A DNA stretch of 64,000 nucleotides from an uncultured Gammaproteobacteria bacterium. GTDB taxonomy: Bacteria > Patescibacteriota > Microgenomatia > CAYQLK01. Positions 49,143 to 58,579 of the stretch are shown piece by piece (the stretch's first letter is position 1; each line of letters begins with the position of its first letter). The notes beneath the pieces were generated by a model. It was not told where the DNA came from. It saw only the letters and a list, made by a program, of their open reading frames with translations, and did no database searches. Position numbers and translations under genes: made by a program. The stretch is from the NCBI GenBank assembly GCA_964404855.1, contig CAYOLO010000001.1, positions 30,245 to 94,244 on the forward strand, in the 5' to 3' direction.

Positions 49143-49670
49143 TTAACCGTTCCATCCGCGGTTTGGGTCGGCGCGCATTTCCTCGGTCTCGACCTGGGAG
49201 CGAGGATAGTCGTCATGCAGACGAACCGTCCTACCAGTCTCGGGGGTGGAGAATTCGGCGATTACGCAATCCGTAACCGCTTCCAGGCGGTGAACCGTCG
49301 GTGGCTTGATTCGGTATCCCACGAACGGTTCCATCTTGACCGGACGAAGATTGTCCGGCGAATTGCCGATCCAGAGGATTGCTTCGCCGCTGATCAGGCA
49401 CATGGTCTCGTCTTTTGCGGGCTTTCCCCCGCTGGGTCCATGACCGAGACTTTGGGCGTGATACTGCATGGACAACCTGCAGCCAGCTTTGATGTGTTCG
49501 AGTTTCCCGGTGTATTCCGCGGTTTCGGCCACGATCAGCTCGTGTCCCCACGGCTTCATGACCGTTTTGGCCATCGGCTCGGTGCCAGCTACGGCGGGGA
49601 ACAGATTCCTGTCGCCGTTATCGTCGACAATCTTCCACATTTCTGCAGCAGACGGTTGCGAGCGAGTCAT
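49143..49670 (-). CDS. Cupin (mannose-6-phosphate isomerase type II-like), GC-rich gene
   Basis: KPWG, RLSMQYH, KDET, HRLEA; AGGAG SD. Confidence 0.82.
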   Translation of the reverse strand: MTRSQPSAAEMWKIVDDNGDRNLFPAVAGTEPMAKTVMKPWGHELIVAETAEYTGKLEHIKAGCRLSMQYHAQSLGHGPSGGKPAKDETMCLISGEAILWIGNSPDNLRPVKMEPFVGYRIKPPTVHRLEAVTDCVIAEFSTPETGRTVRLHDDYPRSQVETEEMRADPNRGWNG

Positions 49671-49803
49671 TAGGTTCTCCTTTATTTGTTAAGGTTAGAC
49701 GCGAATTATAACATAACTATCCTATAATATTCAATTTGTGGACAATATCTGATATAATTTCGCCTTAGGCAAATTAACAAATCCAACGAAAGAGGAAAAC
49801 ATC

Positions 49804-50091
49804 TTGTCTTGTCGGATTATGGAGGTAACATTCCCCTTGCGCCAGTTCGCTTACGGACTCGGCAACGACTATATGCCCGGCGACTATTTGTTCGCTCCGC
49901 ATGAAGAAGACCTGACGAGCGACGAACCAAACGTCCGCGTGACGACCAAGCCCCACGAAGGCGAAGAGATCGAAGTGCCCAAGGGCAAGGTTCGCGCCAC
50001 CAACTTCGTGGCCGAAGAACAACCACCTCTTCGCCCGCTCATGCCGGCGGCTCGACCGACGATGGCTAAGCTCGGCGCTTTGGCCCGATAG
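49804..50091 (+). CDS. GC-rich hypothetical protein
   Basis: GAGG upstream, GC3-rich codons, followed by a co-oriented ORF and terminator; start uncertain. Confidence 0.45.
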   Translation: MSCRIMEVTFPLRQFAYGLGNDYMPGDYLFAPHEEDLTSDEPNVRVTTKPHEGEEIEVPKGKVRATNFVAEEQPPLRPLMPAARPTMAKLGALAR

Positions 50092-50099
50092 GCCAAAAG

Positions 50100-50333
50100 A
50101 TGCAGACTGACGTCGAGTTTCTCGCCGAAGCACACGCTCAGCCAGAGTACGAAAAGCGAAAGATTCGGAAATACCGATTCCAAGCCGTACTGACAGCGTT
50201 GTTCACGACCTTTTTCGCTGCCACTGGATACCTGCTGTTTGATTTCATCGGACTGTTGGTAGTCTTCATCCTGTTTCTCATACTGACCACGCAGTCAGAA
50301 TGGAAGCAGTGGTTCCTCTTTCTTAGGCGTTGA
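50100..50333 (+). CDS. Small two-TM membrane protein
   Basis: Two hydrophobic segments; terminator follows. Confidence 0.55.
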   Translation: MQTDVEFLAEAHAQPEYEKRKIRKYRFQAVLTALFTTFFAATGYLLFDFIGLLVVFILFLILTTQSEWKQWFLFLRR

Positions 50334-50358
50334 TCCTCTGGGATTGCCGCACAGCCAC

Positions 50359-50389
50359 GACCCTCGATTAACCTCGAGGGTCTTTTTTT
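50359..50389 (+). terminator. Rho-independent terminator
   Basis: gaccctcga/tcgagggtc stem plus T run. Confidence 0.8.
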
Positions 50390-50395
50390 AAGCAT

Positions 50396-50538
50396 TAGGT
50401 CTCTTAATGCGCAGGAATGTAATTACTCACAAAATAAATTTTGTTATGTCTTGTGATTTGTTTCACAAATCTAAGCGCAAACTGAGTAAGGAATGAGCCT
50501 TGCCGAAATGACGAGCGAATTTGCGCGAGTAACTATAA
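50396..50538. repeat. Inverted, diverged copy of the terminal repeat module found at 47144-47323 and 53086-53179
   Basis: gcgcaaactgag...gcgaatttgcgcgagtaactataa matches the reverse complement gctcaaactgag...gcgaatttgagcgagaacctataa. Confidence 0.7.
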
Positions 50539-50641
50539 AACCCGATATTTTGAAAAATATCCCGTAGTATTTACATTAAGAAATAAAATTAAAGATATTT
50601 TACAACTTACAGGTTAAGATAGAGATTCTTGTAACCAAGAA

Positions 50642-51814
50642 ATGTCAAAACTTACTCTTTCTACAGATCAACAAACCGTTCTTGACCAAGTTATGGCCTG
50701 GATAGATGCCCCAGTTGGGGATTATTTAACAATTGGCGGTTATGCTGGAACAGGAAAGACAACCTTAACGGCTTTTATTAGGCAAGAAATTTTTAACAAG
50801 GCGCCTCTGCTCAAAATTGCCTTTTGCTCATACACTGGCAAAGCTGCGCGAAACTTGGAAGAAAAACTTAAAGAAAATAAAGCGATTTTTTCAGGAGATT
50901 CTGTGTCTACAATTCATTCTCTTATTTATACGGCAATTACCAATAAGCAAGGCAACATCACTGGATGGAAAAGAAGAGATTTTATGGACGCGGACTTAAT
51001 AATTGTTGATGAGGCGTCGATGGTCGACCCTTTTATACTTAATGATTTGCTTAGTTACGAAGTGCCGATTGTTGCAGTTGGGGATCACGGGCAACTTCCG
51101 CCAATTGGAACTAATTATTCTTTGATGCAAAGCCCGCATCTTACTTTGACCCAGATTCATAGACAGGAGGAAGATAGTCCGATTATTGATGTTTCGATTT
51201 TGGCAAGAACGAGTGGGGAGATTCCTGTTCAAAAATTTGGAACGGGTGTAATAAAAATATCGCGTAATGATCCAGACTCTAGAGAAATATTGAATGAGGC
51301 TTTGGAGAGTTTCAATGAAGAGACTTTGATTATCTGCGGATACAATGCGACAAGATTAAGACTTAATAAAGAATTAAGAGCCAGAAAAGATAGATATGGA
51401 GATGTGCCAGAAGCAGGTGATAGAGTAGTGGCTCTGAAAAATAATCACTACTCGGGTATTCATAATGGAGCAGTCGGTACTATTACAAAAATATTAGAAG
51501 AGGACAAAACTGGTAATTGGTTATTGGTCAAAATAGATATTGATGGACAAGATAAACCTTATCAAGGATATATTTATAAACCGCAGTTTAATCAGAAGGA
51601 AACAATAATTGGTAACCTTAAAGATCCTGATGGACATCAAGGAGATTTGTTTGATTTTGGTTATGCCTTAACTGTTCACAAAGCTCAAGGTTCTCAAGCA
51701 GACTCGGTAATACTTTTTGAGGAAAGGTTTCCAAAATCTTCCGATGAAGAGTGGCGAAGATGGTTGTATACGGCAGTGACTAGGGCCAAACAGAATTTGT
51801 TGATTGTGGGGTAA
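50642..51814 (+). CDS. SF1B RecD/Dda-like helicase
   Basis: GYAGTGKT, DEASMV, GDHGQLPP, TVHKAQGS, LYTAVTRA. Confidence 0.9.
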   Translation: MSKLTLSTDQQTVLDQVMAWIDAPVGDYLTIGGYAGTGKTTLTAFIRQEIFNKAPLLKIAFCSYTGKAARNLEEKLKENKAIFSGDSVSTIHSLIYTAITNKQGNITGWKRRDFMDADLIIVDEASMVDPFILNDLLSYEVPIVAVGDHGQLPPIGTNYSLMQSPHLTLTQIHRQEEDSPIIDVSILARTSGEIPVQKFGTGVIKISRNDPDSREILNEALESFNEETLIICGYNATRLRLNKELRARKDRYGDVPEAGDRVVALKNNHYSGIHNGAVGTITKILEEDKTGNWLLVKIDIDGQDKPYQGYIYKPQFNQKETIIGNLKDPDGHQGDLFDFGYALTVHKAQGSQADSVILFEERFPKSSDEEWRRWLYTAVTRAKQNLLIVG

Positions 51815-51859
51815 ATTTTTAATTGCAAACTTTTTCTTGTTTAATATAGACATTTATTT

Positions 51860-52117
51860 TTAATTTCACTGTTCACTTCAGCTCTTTGGACTGGTGTCGT
51901 CGAGCACCTTGTTTTGCCGTCGCAAAACAAAAGGCGTTCACAGTAAAATATTGGACTTGTAAGTTTGCTTAACAGCAAACTGGAAAGATTACAAAATAAA
52001 ACAAAAAGAGATCCACTAAAGGAAATTGGGACTTAAGGGAAACAAGGAAACAAAAAAGGGCGTTCAGAAGAAAATATAGGACAAGGAAAAAGAAAGATCC
52101 GCTTAAGAGAATTGAGG
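51860..52117. repeat. Modular structured intergenic repeat, copy B
   Basis: caaaaggcgttcacagtaaaatattggacttg, gtttgcttaacagcaaac, aaaagagatccactaaa; modules duplicated in tandem. Confidence 0.8.
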
Positions 52118-52474
52118 TTATGAAAAAGTTATTTCTATTAAACACCATGTGGGAGATGTCTTAGATTTGGAAAATATTAAGAGTAAATAGGGAAGTGTAG
52201 CAGTAGTGTATATAGTGTATCCATACACTGGTATATATTTTGATTGACTGGAACATTGTAGTCACGAATAATGACATTTAGTATAAAGTGTCAAAATAGC
52301 TTCAATTTTAATAATTTTACGTTTATTCCCCTGTTATGTTTTCATGCTAATTTTAATCTTTTTCACAAACTTTTAAATTTGGATTATTATTAGCACTCTA
52401 CTAGCTATATTGACAGAGAGTGGTGTATAGGAATTTTGACATATTACCTATTTTGGGAATAATATGAATGTAAT

Positions 52475-52807
52475 ATGAAACTGCTCATTAGATTGTTAAT
52501 CAATGCTGTCGCGGTTCTGATTTGTGCTTACTTTATTCCAGGTGTGACTGTGGATGGATTTGTTTCTGCGTTATGGGTAGCTGTAGCTTTGGCTGTACTG
52601 AATACTTTCTTAAAACCAATTTTGATGCTTATCTCCTTCCCTATTAATTTAATTACCTTTGGCTTGTTCACGATTGTAATTAACACCATTATTATTTTGC
52701 TTGCTGACTACCTAGTACCAGGACTTATGATAGAAACTTTTTGGCTTGCGGTGTTGTTCGGTATTGTGCTGACGATTGTGTCGGGAATTTTGGATAATTT
52801 GGATTAA
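52475..52807 (+). CDS. YvlD / 4-TM phage-holin-superfamily membrane protein
   Basis: LNTFLKPIL..ISFPINLITFGLF. Confidence 0.85.
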   Translation: MKLLIRLLINAVAVLICAYFIPGVTVDGFVSALWVAVALAVLNTFLKPILMLISFPINLITFGLFTIVINTIIILLADYLVPGLMIETFWLAVLFGIVLTIVSGILDNLD

Positions 52808-52834
52808 GTTTTAATTTTATTTTTAAAGATAATT

Positions 52835-53179
52835 TTTTATATTTCCTTCTTCACTTTTTGCAGAGTCGTATGCCTATAAAACATTTATTTTAATTACAAT
52901 TTTTTTTCAATCCCCTTTAGTGGCACGCAAGAAATCCCGGCGAGATTTCTTTCTTTCACTTTTTGCTCGCTCTTTTGCTAAAGCAAAAACCATGCCCGCT
53001 TACAAAAAGAGATCCACTAAAAGGAATTGAGGAATTAGGGGACAAAAAGACAAAAGGCGTTCATTGTGAAATATTGGACTAGGGCTTATAGGTTCTCGCT
53101 CAAATTCGCAAAATAATTTGAGTCCCTCAAAATTTTGCTCAGTTTGAGCTACAAGCCTGCGTTTCAGGATACCTGAAAC
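52835..53179. repeat. Modular structured intergenic repeat, copy C
   Basis: Near-collinear with copy A including the terminal module. Confidence 0.85.
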
Positions 53180-53189
53180 TAAAGGAAAG

Positions 53190-53924
53190 TTAGATTTGGT
53201 TGCGGGTTGGAATGGGGGAAGTCGTATTTGGGTTGGAAGTGCTTGGCGAGACTTGGGTTGGTCCAGAGTTAACAGAAATAAGTGGTTTTTTCTTAGTCCA
53301 AAAATAAATCAGACTTGTCCATTCAGCTAAGGCATAAACCCCAAGCAGAAGTGTTAATGGTCCGATTTCTTCTAAGGCAACATGACCAAAAACCAGCCAA
53401 ATAATTACATAAGCCGCCATGTGCAATCTCCCCCACCACTTACCTAAGCGCTTCATCGAAAAATCATTACTGGTTATAAACATTACAAAGAATAAACAGA
53501 AGGCCAAAAATCCTAACGTTTCTCTAAATGGCGGAAGACTAAAACTTTGCCAAGTCATCATTGGCACAAGTCGCAGAACAGCGTAATGAGTTAGAGTTAG
53601 TAGAAATGTAGCAATGCCAAAATGTCTACGGAAAGTCTGAACAATATTAAAAACTGGGTGGCGGATGCCAAATCTTTTGGCAATACCTGGAGTGATGGTT
53701 ACAAGAAAAGCTAAAGCCGCAAGAGTTCCAAACTTTCCACCAAGATCATAATAAAGAACACCGATTTCGTTACCATCAGCAATGAGAGCCACAAAATAAG
53801 CAGCTGCGAGAATATTAATCGTTAGTAGAATATGGGCAAGAAAAAATAGTTTGATAACTAGGTTTTTGTTTTTGACCAACCAAAGAAATACCTTATTTGA
53901 AAACGAGTAAAGAAAAATATCCAT
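53190..53924 (-). CDS. Ferric-reductase-like / MsrQ-like heme b membrane protein
   Basis: RRHFGI, THY, ITSN, WGRLHMAAY, GH; multiple TMs. Confidence 0.8.
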   Translation of the reverse strand: MDIFLYSFSNKVFLWLVKNKNLVIKLFFLAHILLTINILAAAYFVALIADGNEIGVLYYDLGGKFGTLAALAFLVTITPGIAKRFGIRHPVFNIVQTFRRHFGIATFLLTLTHYAVLRLVPMMTWQSFSLPPFRETLGFLAFCLFFVMFITSNDFSMKRLGKWWGRLHMAAYVIIWLVFGHVALEEIGPLTLLLGVYALAEWTSLIYFWTKKKPLISVNSGPTQVSPSTSNPNTTSPIPTRNQI

Positions 53925-53944
53925 AATTATCTAAACCATTATAA

Positions 53945-54247
53945 CTACTTCTTTTTCTTGTCTAGTTTATCTAACTTAAGAAGTTTGACTCCGAAGTAAA
54001 CAACCAAGGCAATAACCAAGAAGTCGATACCGGTATTAACAAAACTTCCCCACATTATTTTGGCCTCTCCAATTGCAATGTGCGCATCAGCGAGATTACC
54101 TGCTGCGCCAAGTGCAACCCCAAGAATAGGATTAATAATGTCTTCGACTAATGATGAAACAAGTCCTGATACGGCACCACCGAGAATAAAACCTACGGCT
54201 AGACCAACGACGCCTTGATCACGAACAAACTCAATAAATCCTTTCAT
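53945..54247 (-). CDS. mscL: Large-conductance mechanosensitive channel
   Basis: FIEF...GVVGLAVGFILG, SLVEDIINP, WGSFV. Confidence 0.9.
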   Translation of the reverse strand: MKGFIEFVRDQGVVGLAVGFILGGAVSGLVSSLVEDIINPILGVALGAAGNLADAHIAIGEAKIMWGSFVNTGIDFLVIALVVYFGVKLLKLDKLDKKKK

Positions 54248-54303
54248 TAATTATTTCACCACCTTTCAATAATAGTTACTAAACGATTAATTAATAATAC
54301 TAG

Positions 54304-54702
54304 TTACTCGGATGTAGTTCCGTCAAAGTGAGCTTCGTTAAGTTCGGCTTCTTCTTTGGTGACCCTAACAATCCCATCCTTATGTTCTGGTGGAGAATAA
54401 ATAGTGTAGAGCTTAAGTGGTTCGGTTTGGGAAACATTAATGACATTATGATTGGAGCCAGCTGGAACAATAACTGCGTCACCGTCTTTTACTTTGTGAA
54501 TTGTGTCATCAATGTGTACTTCCCCTTCGCCGTTTTCAAAACGAAAAAATTGATCACGATCTGGGTGGACTTCTGAACCAATCTCCTCCCCTACCTTAAG
54601 TGCCATTAAAACTAATTGAGAATTTTGTCCGGTATATAAGACTTTGCGAAAATTATTGTTATCTAGTGTTTGCTGTTCGATGTTTGTTTTGTAGCCTTTC
54701 AT
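54304..54702 (-). CDS. Cupin domain protein
   Basis: EIGSEVH..DQFF, VPAG..HNV, LYTIYSPPEH. Confidence 0.88.
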   Translation of the reverse strand: MKGYKTNIEQQTLDNNNFRKVLYTGQNSQLVLMALKVGEEIGSEVHPDRDQFFRFENGEGEVHIDDTIHKVKDGDAVIVPAGSNHNVINVSQTEPLKLYTIYSPPEHKDGIVRVTKEEAELNEAHFDGTTSE

Positions 54703-54850
54703 AATGAATAAAAACTGTGAGGGATTGGTAACTAACTATATTCTACTACTCTTGTGCAATTGAAGTACTCGGAGGTTTACAAATATCTCTATTTAATTTA
54801 TTGATTGCGAACCTTAGTAATAACCTGTAATGTTAGTTTAATGCCCCTTT

Positions 54851-55132
54851 ATGGACCCTAATCAACCAACTGATTCGAATAATCCAACCCCACTTAATCC
54901 ACTACCTGTTCAGCCAGTCCCAGAAGGAGCAACCATAGACAGCACGACTGCTGCACCTGTGACAATTGGTAACCAAATGCCTCCTGTTATGCCACAAATG
55001 CAATCTCAGCCCATCTCCCCATTTCCAGCTCAGCCAGAAATATCTCAGCCACAATTTCAAGACAACACTACTCCACCAAATGGAGGCGGAAGTAAGAAAA
55101 AACTATCCAGACGCAAAAATCAATTATTGTAG
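54851..55132 (+). pseudogene. Truncated Pro/Gln-rich membrane-protein N-terminus
   Basis: Resembles the N-termini at 34-36 kb but ends just after GSKKKL, where those proteins begin their TM. Confidence 0.45.
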
Positions 55133-55158
55133 CTTAGAACTAGTGCTACACTTGAGGT

Positions 55159-55749
55159 ATGCCCAGCTCTAAACATCCCGTCAAAGCAAAACTATTACTA
55201 GCTAGTAACCTTGCAAACATCTTTGGGTTTGGACTTTTTTTGCCGTTGTACGGTGGATATATTTTGGCTCTTGGTGAAGAACCGGAAACAGGAAGTTTTT
55301 TGTGGTCGGCGCATACTTTAGCAATTGGAATATTTGCACTGGTGTTTGGTCGGTTGGAGGATAAAAAAAATGGACTGTTTTCAAGGTTTTTGATTGGCGG
55401 GAACTTGTTACAACTTGTTGGTGTTGCGATTATTTTGGTTACCAGTCAGGTAGTGTGGTTCGGTGTGGGACTGGTTATATATAGTCTTGGTGTTGGAGTG
55501 TTGTCGCCAGCATGGCTTGCGATGTTTTCCAAAAGTCTCGATGGCAAGCACACGGCGCGCGGATGGTCTTATGCTCAAGGTGGTGGTGCTCTAGCCGGAG
55601 CGGGAGGCGCAGCAGCAGGAGGATTATTGTTTTCTGGTTATGGATATTTAGGAGTGTTTGTTTTGGCACTGATATTACATGCGATTGGGATGATTTTGGG
55701 GATTATGGCAGTGAATAAGAAGAGGTTAAGACCTCAAGTTGTTGGTTAG
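55159..55749 (+). CDS. Half-size (about 6 TM) MFS-like transporter
   Basis: FGRLEDKK motif-A-like loop; six hydrophobic segments. Confidence 0.65.
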   Translation: MPSSKHPVKAKLLLASNLANIFGFGLFLPLYGGYILALGEEPETGSFLWSAHTLAIGIFALVFGRLEDKKNGLFSRFLIGGNLLQLVGVAIILVTSQVVWFGVGLVIYSLGVGVLSPAWLAMFSKSLDGKHTARGWSYAQGGGALAGAGGAAAGGLLFSGYGYLGVFVLALILHAIGMILGIMAVNKKRLRPQVVG

Positions 55750-55764
55750 GATTCATTTTATCTT

Positions 55765-56045
55765 TTAAATTACAGTTTTTTATATTTCCTTCTTCACTTT
55801 TTGCTGAGTGGCGTAAGAATAAAACTCGGCCACTCATCAAGGTGAATTTTCTGACCTAGAAAACGAATGTTTGTTTATTAAATTTTTTAGTTTAAGGAAT
55901 ATCCGAAAATTCAAACCCGTTCAGAAGAAAATACGGACTAAGAAAAAAAGAGATCCACTAAAGGGAATTGAGGAATATGGGAGACAAAAAAACAAAAGGC
56001 GTTCACGGTGAAATATTGGACTAGTTGGTTTGCTTGACAGCTAAC
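55765..56045. repeat. Modular structured intergenic repeat, copy D
   Basis: tatatttccttcttcactttttgc, aaagagatccactaaagggaattgagg, caaaaggcgttcacggtgaaatattggact. Confidence 0.82.
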
Positions 56046-56141
56046 GAGAAAGCGAACCATTAAAGGGAACAACGACTGGAGGATGAGGATTTAAAACTTT
56101 CATGAAAAGTTAAGGTAAAATTAAGCAGAAATTAATAAAGT

Positions 56142-56822
56142 ATGAAAGTGAAAATATTACTAGTTGAGGACGAAATTAAACTTGCGAATGCGACAAGGCG
56201 GGCTTTGGAGTTGCAGAAATATATTGTTGATGTTGCCTACGATGGCGACAAGGGGCTAGATCTGGCATTGGGAGAAAAATATGATTTAATGATTCTTGAT
56301 TTGATGTTGCCAGAAATAGATGGACTAGAAATCTGCAAAACCGTAAGAGAGGAAAAAATAACAACTCCAATACTGATGCTTACAGCTAAAGGTCAAGTTA
56401 GCGACAAGGTAATAGGACTGGATGCGGGGGCTGACGATTATATGGTTAAGCCTTTTTCTTTTGAGGAGTTGTTTGCCAGAGTTAGAGCCTTGTCTCGCCG
56501 AAGTGCAAAAGACAAAGACCAAGTACTTAAAGTAAAAAACCTAACATTGGACACCAACACATCCAAGGTAAAAATGAATAATTCCCCTATCGAATTGTCG
56601 CCGAGAGAGTTTGCTATTTTGGAATATTTGATGAGGAATAAAAATATTGTTGTGAGCAAACCACAAATTGTAAATAATGTTTGGAATTACGAAACCGATA
56701 TTCTGCCAACAACGATTGAGGTACATATTAAACATTTAAGAGATAAAATAGATGGAGTTTTTGGAACCAACCTTATTCGAACTGTTAGGGGTTTCGGGTA
56801 TGAATTAAACGATGAAGAATAA
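56142..56822 (+). CDS. OmpR/PhoB-family response regulator
   Basis: LLVEDE, LDLMLP, LTAK, GADDY..KPF, TVRGFGY. Confidence 0.95.
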   Translation: MKVKILLVEDEIKLANATRRALELQKYIVDVAYDGDKGLDLALGEKYDLMILDLMLPEIDGLEICKTVREEKITTPILMLTAKGQVSDKVIGLDAGADDYMVKPFSFEELFARVRALSRRSAKDKDQVLKVKNLTLDTNTSKVKMNNSPIELSPREFAILEYLMRNKNIVVSKPQIVNNVWNYETDILPTTIEVHIKHLRDKIDGVFGTNLIRTVRGFGYELNDEE

Positions 56823-57840
56823 TCCTTTTGATACGGCGAGAATACAACTGACTGTATGGTATGTGCTGATTATTTTTGTAATTAGCGGGCTGTTCAGTGC
56901 GGCTTTTTATCGAGCGGCAACAGTGGAAATAGATGGAATAATTGAGAGATTAAAATTTGAGGAACTAAGAGGAGAAATTGAACTATTTCGTGTATTGAGA
57001 CAACCTAACGCGCCAACAATTGAAGATTTGCAACAACACAAACAGCGAACGATGATGTCGCTGATTGCAGCAAACGGGGCTATTTTGATTGTCACTGCAG
57101 GACTTGGTTATTGGTTGGCGGGAAGAACACTAAAGCCGATTAAGACAATGGTTGAGGATCAGAATCGGTTTATTTCTGATGCGTCGCACGAACTGCGGAC
57201 ACCGATTGCGACACTGAGAGCGGAGATGGAGGGTGGACTAATGGAGAAAAAAATAACCGACTCCTCTGCTCGCAAACTGGTAAACAGTAATCTTGAAGAG
57301 CTAAGCCGGCTTCAGAATCTGACAAATAATTTGCTGTCACTTACTGGTTTGGGATTAGGTAAAAACTACAAAGAAAAGAAAAAAAATATTAACGTAGCCG
57401 AAATTGTCGAAGTTGCAAAAAGTAGAGTTAACGCTCTAGCAAAGGTAAAGTCAATAAAAATCACATCAAAAATATCATCACAAAAATTAAAGGTTTCGGG
57501 GAACGAAGAAAACTTAACTGAACTAATAACAATATTAATGGAAAATGCGATTAAATATAGTCCGCAAAAATCTGCAGTCACAATTGGGGTAAAAAAACTG
57601 ACCAAAAAAGTTGAAATATCAATCTCTGACCAAGGAATGGGGATAGCTAAGAACGAACAGGAAAAAATATTTGAAAGGTTCTATCGCACGGACAAATCAC
57701 GATCGACCACTGAGGGTTTTGGTCTGGGACTATCGATTGCCAAAAAAATAATTGAGGATCACTCTGGAATAATTGAGGTCATGAGTAAAAGCGGAAAAGG
57801 CTCGACTTTTATAGTTACCCTGCCTGAGAATAACTTTTGA
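56812..57840 (+). CDS. Sensor histidine kinase
   Basis: Two TMs, ASHELRTP, ENAIKY, DQGMG, GFGLGL. Confidence 0.95.
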   Translation: MKNNPFDTARIQLTVWYVLIIFVISGLFSAAFYRAATVEIDGIIERLKFEELRGEIELFRVLRQPNAPTIEDLQQHKQRTMMSLIAANGAILIVTAGLGYWLAGRTLKPIKTMVEDQNRFISDASHELRTPIATLRAEMEGGLMEKKITDSSARKLVNSNLEELSRLQNLTNNLLSLTGLGLGKNYKEKKKNINVAEIVEVAKSRVNALAKVKSIKITSKISSQKLKVSGNEENLTELITILMENAIKYSPQKSAVTIGVKKLTKKVEISISDQGMGIAKNEQEKIFERFYRTDKSRSTTEGFGLGLSIAKKIIEDHSGIIEVMSKSGKGSTFIVTLPENNF

Positions 57841-57925
57841 TTTTTGGGTGTTTAAGCGATTATTAAGAAAAAATATATAGAATTAATTGTAATAAATAGG
57901 AGGAGGTGAAACCATAAAATGGCCG

Positions 57926-58435
57926 ATGAAAGCGAAAAGAAAGATGGTTGTAATTGCGACTGCGGTAATTGCTGTTAGCGGAGGAATTATCGGATCTTCA
58001 AAAGCTTTTGCACAGGGCTCAGAAGTATTCGACGATCCAATGTCATCACTAGTTACAAGAATATCTGAAAGATTTAGCCTAGACAAAGACGAGGTTAAGC
58101 AGGTGTTTGATGCTGAACTCGAAGAACAACACAGAAAGATGCTAGAAAAATCTTCACAAGATCTTACAGAACTAGTGAAAGATGGCAAAATTACTGAGGC
58201 TCAAAAACAACTTATTATCGATAAGAGAAGCGAACTGCACTCAAGCCATATGAGTAAGATGATGAACTTACAAGGTTCGATGCGAGAAGAAACTAGGGCA
58301 GCAATGGAAAAAGAAAAATCAGAGTTGGAACAATGGGCAAAAGATAATGGTATTGATGTGAGTTATGTTTTTGGCGGTATGAGGAAAATGGGGTTTGGTG
58401 GCGGTATGCGAGGATCTCATTTTTTTGGCAAGTAA
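57926..58435 (+). CDS. Exported helical Met-rich protein downstream of the two-component system
   Basis: Signal peptide ending AFA; LVKDGKITEAQ; GGAGGTG upstream. Confidence 0.65.
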   Translation: MKAKRKMVVIATAVIAVSGGIIGSSKAFAQGSEVFDDPMSSLVTRISERFSLDKDEVKQVFDAELEEQHRKMLEKSSQDLTELVKDGKITEAQKQLIIDKRSELHSSHMSKMMNLQGSMREETRAAMEKEKSELEQWAKDNGIDVSYVFGGMRKMGFGGGMRGSHFFGK

Positions 58436-58483
58436 TCAAAAGCACAAAAGAGATTTGTTAATCTCAAAACAGTCCATACACTT

Positions 58484-58524
58484 AAAATAGCTCTCGGCAA
58501 TAAAATGTCGGGAGTTATTTTTTT
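58484..58524 (+). terminator. Rho-independent terminator
   Basis: aaaatagctctcggca/tgtcgggagttatttt stem (with G-U pairs) plus T run. Confidence 0.65.
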
Positions 58525-58579
58525 TAATTATTTTTAAAACGGGTTTTCTTCTTTTGAAGAAGCAAGGTTTTTAATTATT

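Noticed and set aside
49122-49692. Overlapping alternative ORFs across the cupin gene (also 30442..30990 and 49774..50395)
   Set aside because: Shadow frames of GC-rich genes; SD, terminator and protein motifs support the other frame
52390-52416. CIRCE (HrcA) operator
   Set aside because: Only the left arm TTAGCACTC is present; the right arm after 9 nt (tattgacag) matches poorly and no chaperone gene follows
52475-52807. Holin-family gene as evidence of a prophage
   Set aside because: YvlD-type proteins are common chromosomal membrane proteins and no phage structural or lysis genes are nearby
53086-53161. tRNA-like 5' end on the minus strand (AGGCTTGTAGCTCAAACTGAGC)
   Set aside because: No T-arm GTTCRA, no proper anticodon arm, no matching acceptor 3' strand; the D-stem-like pairing is not kept in copy A
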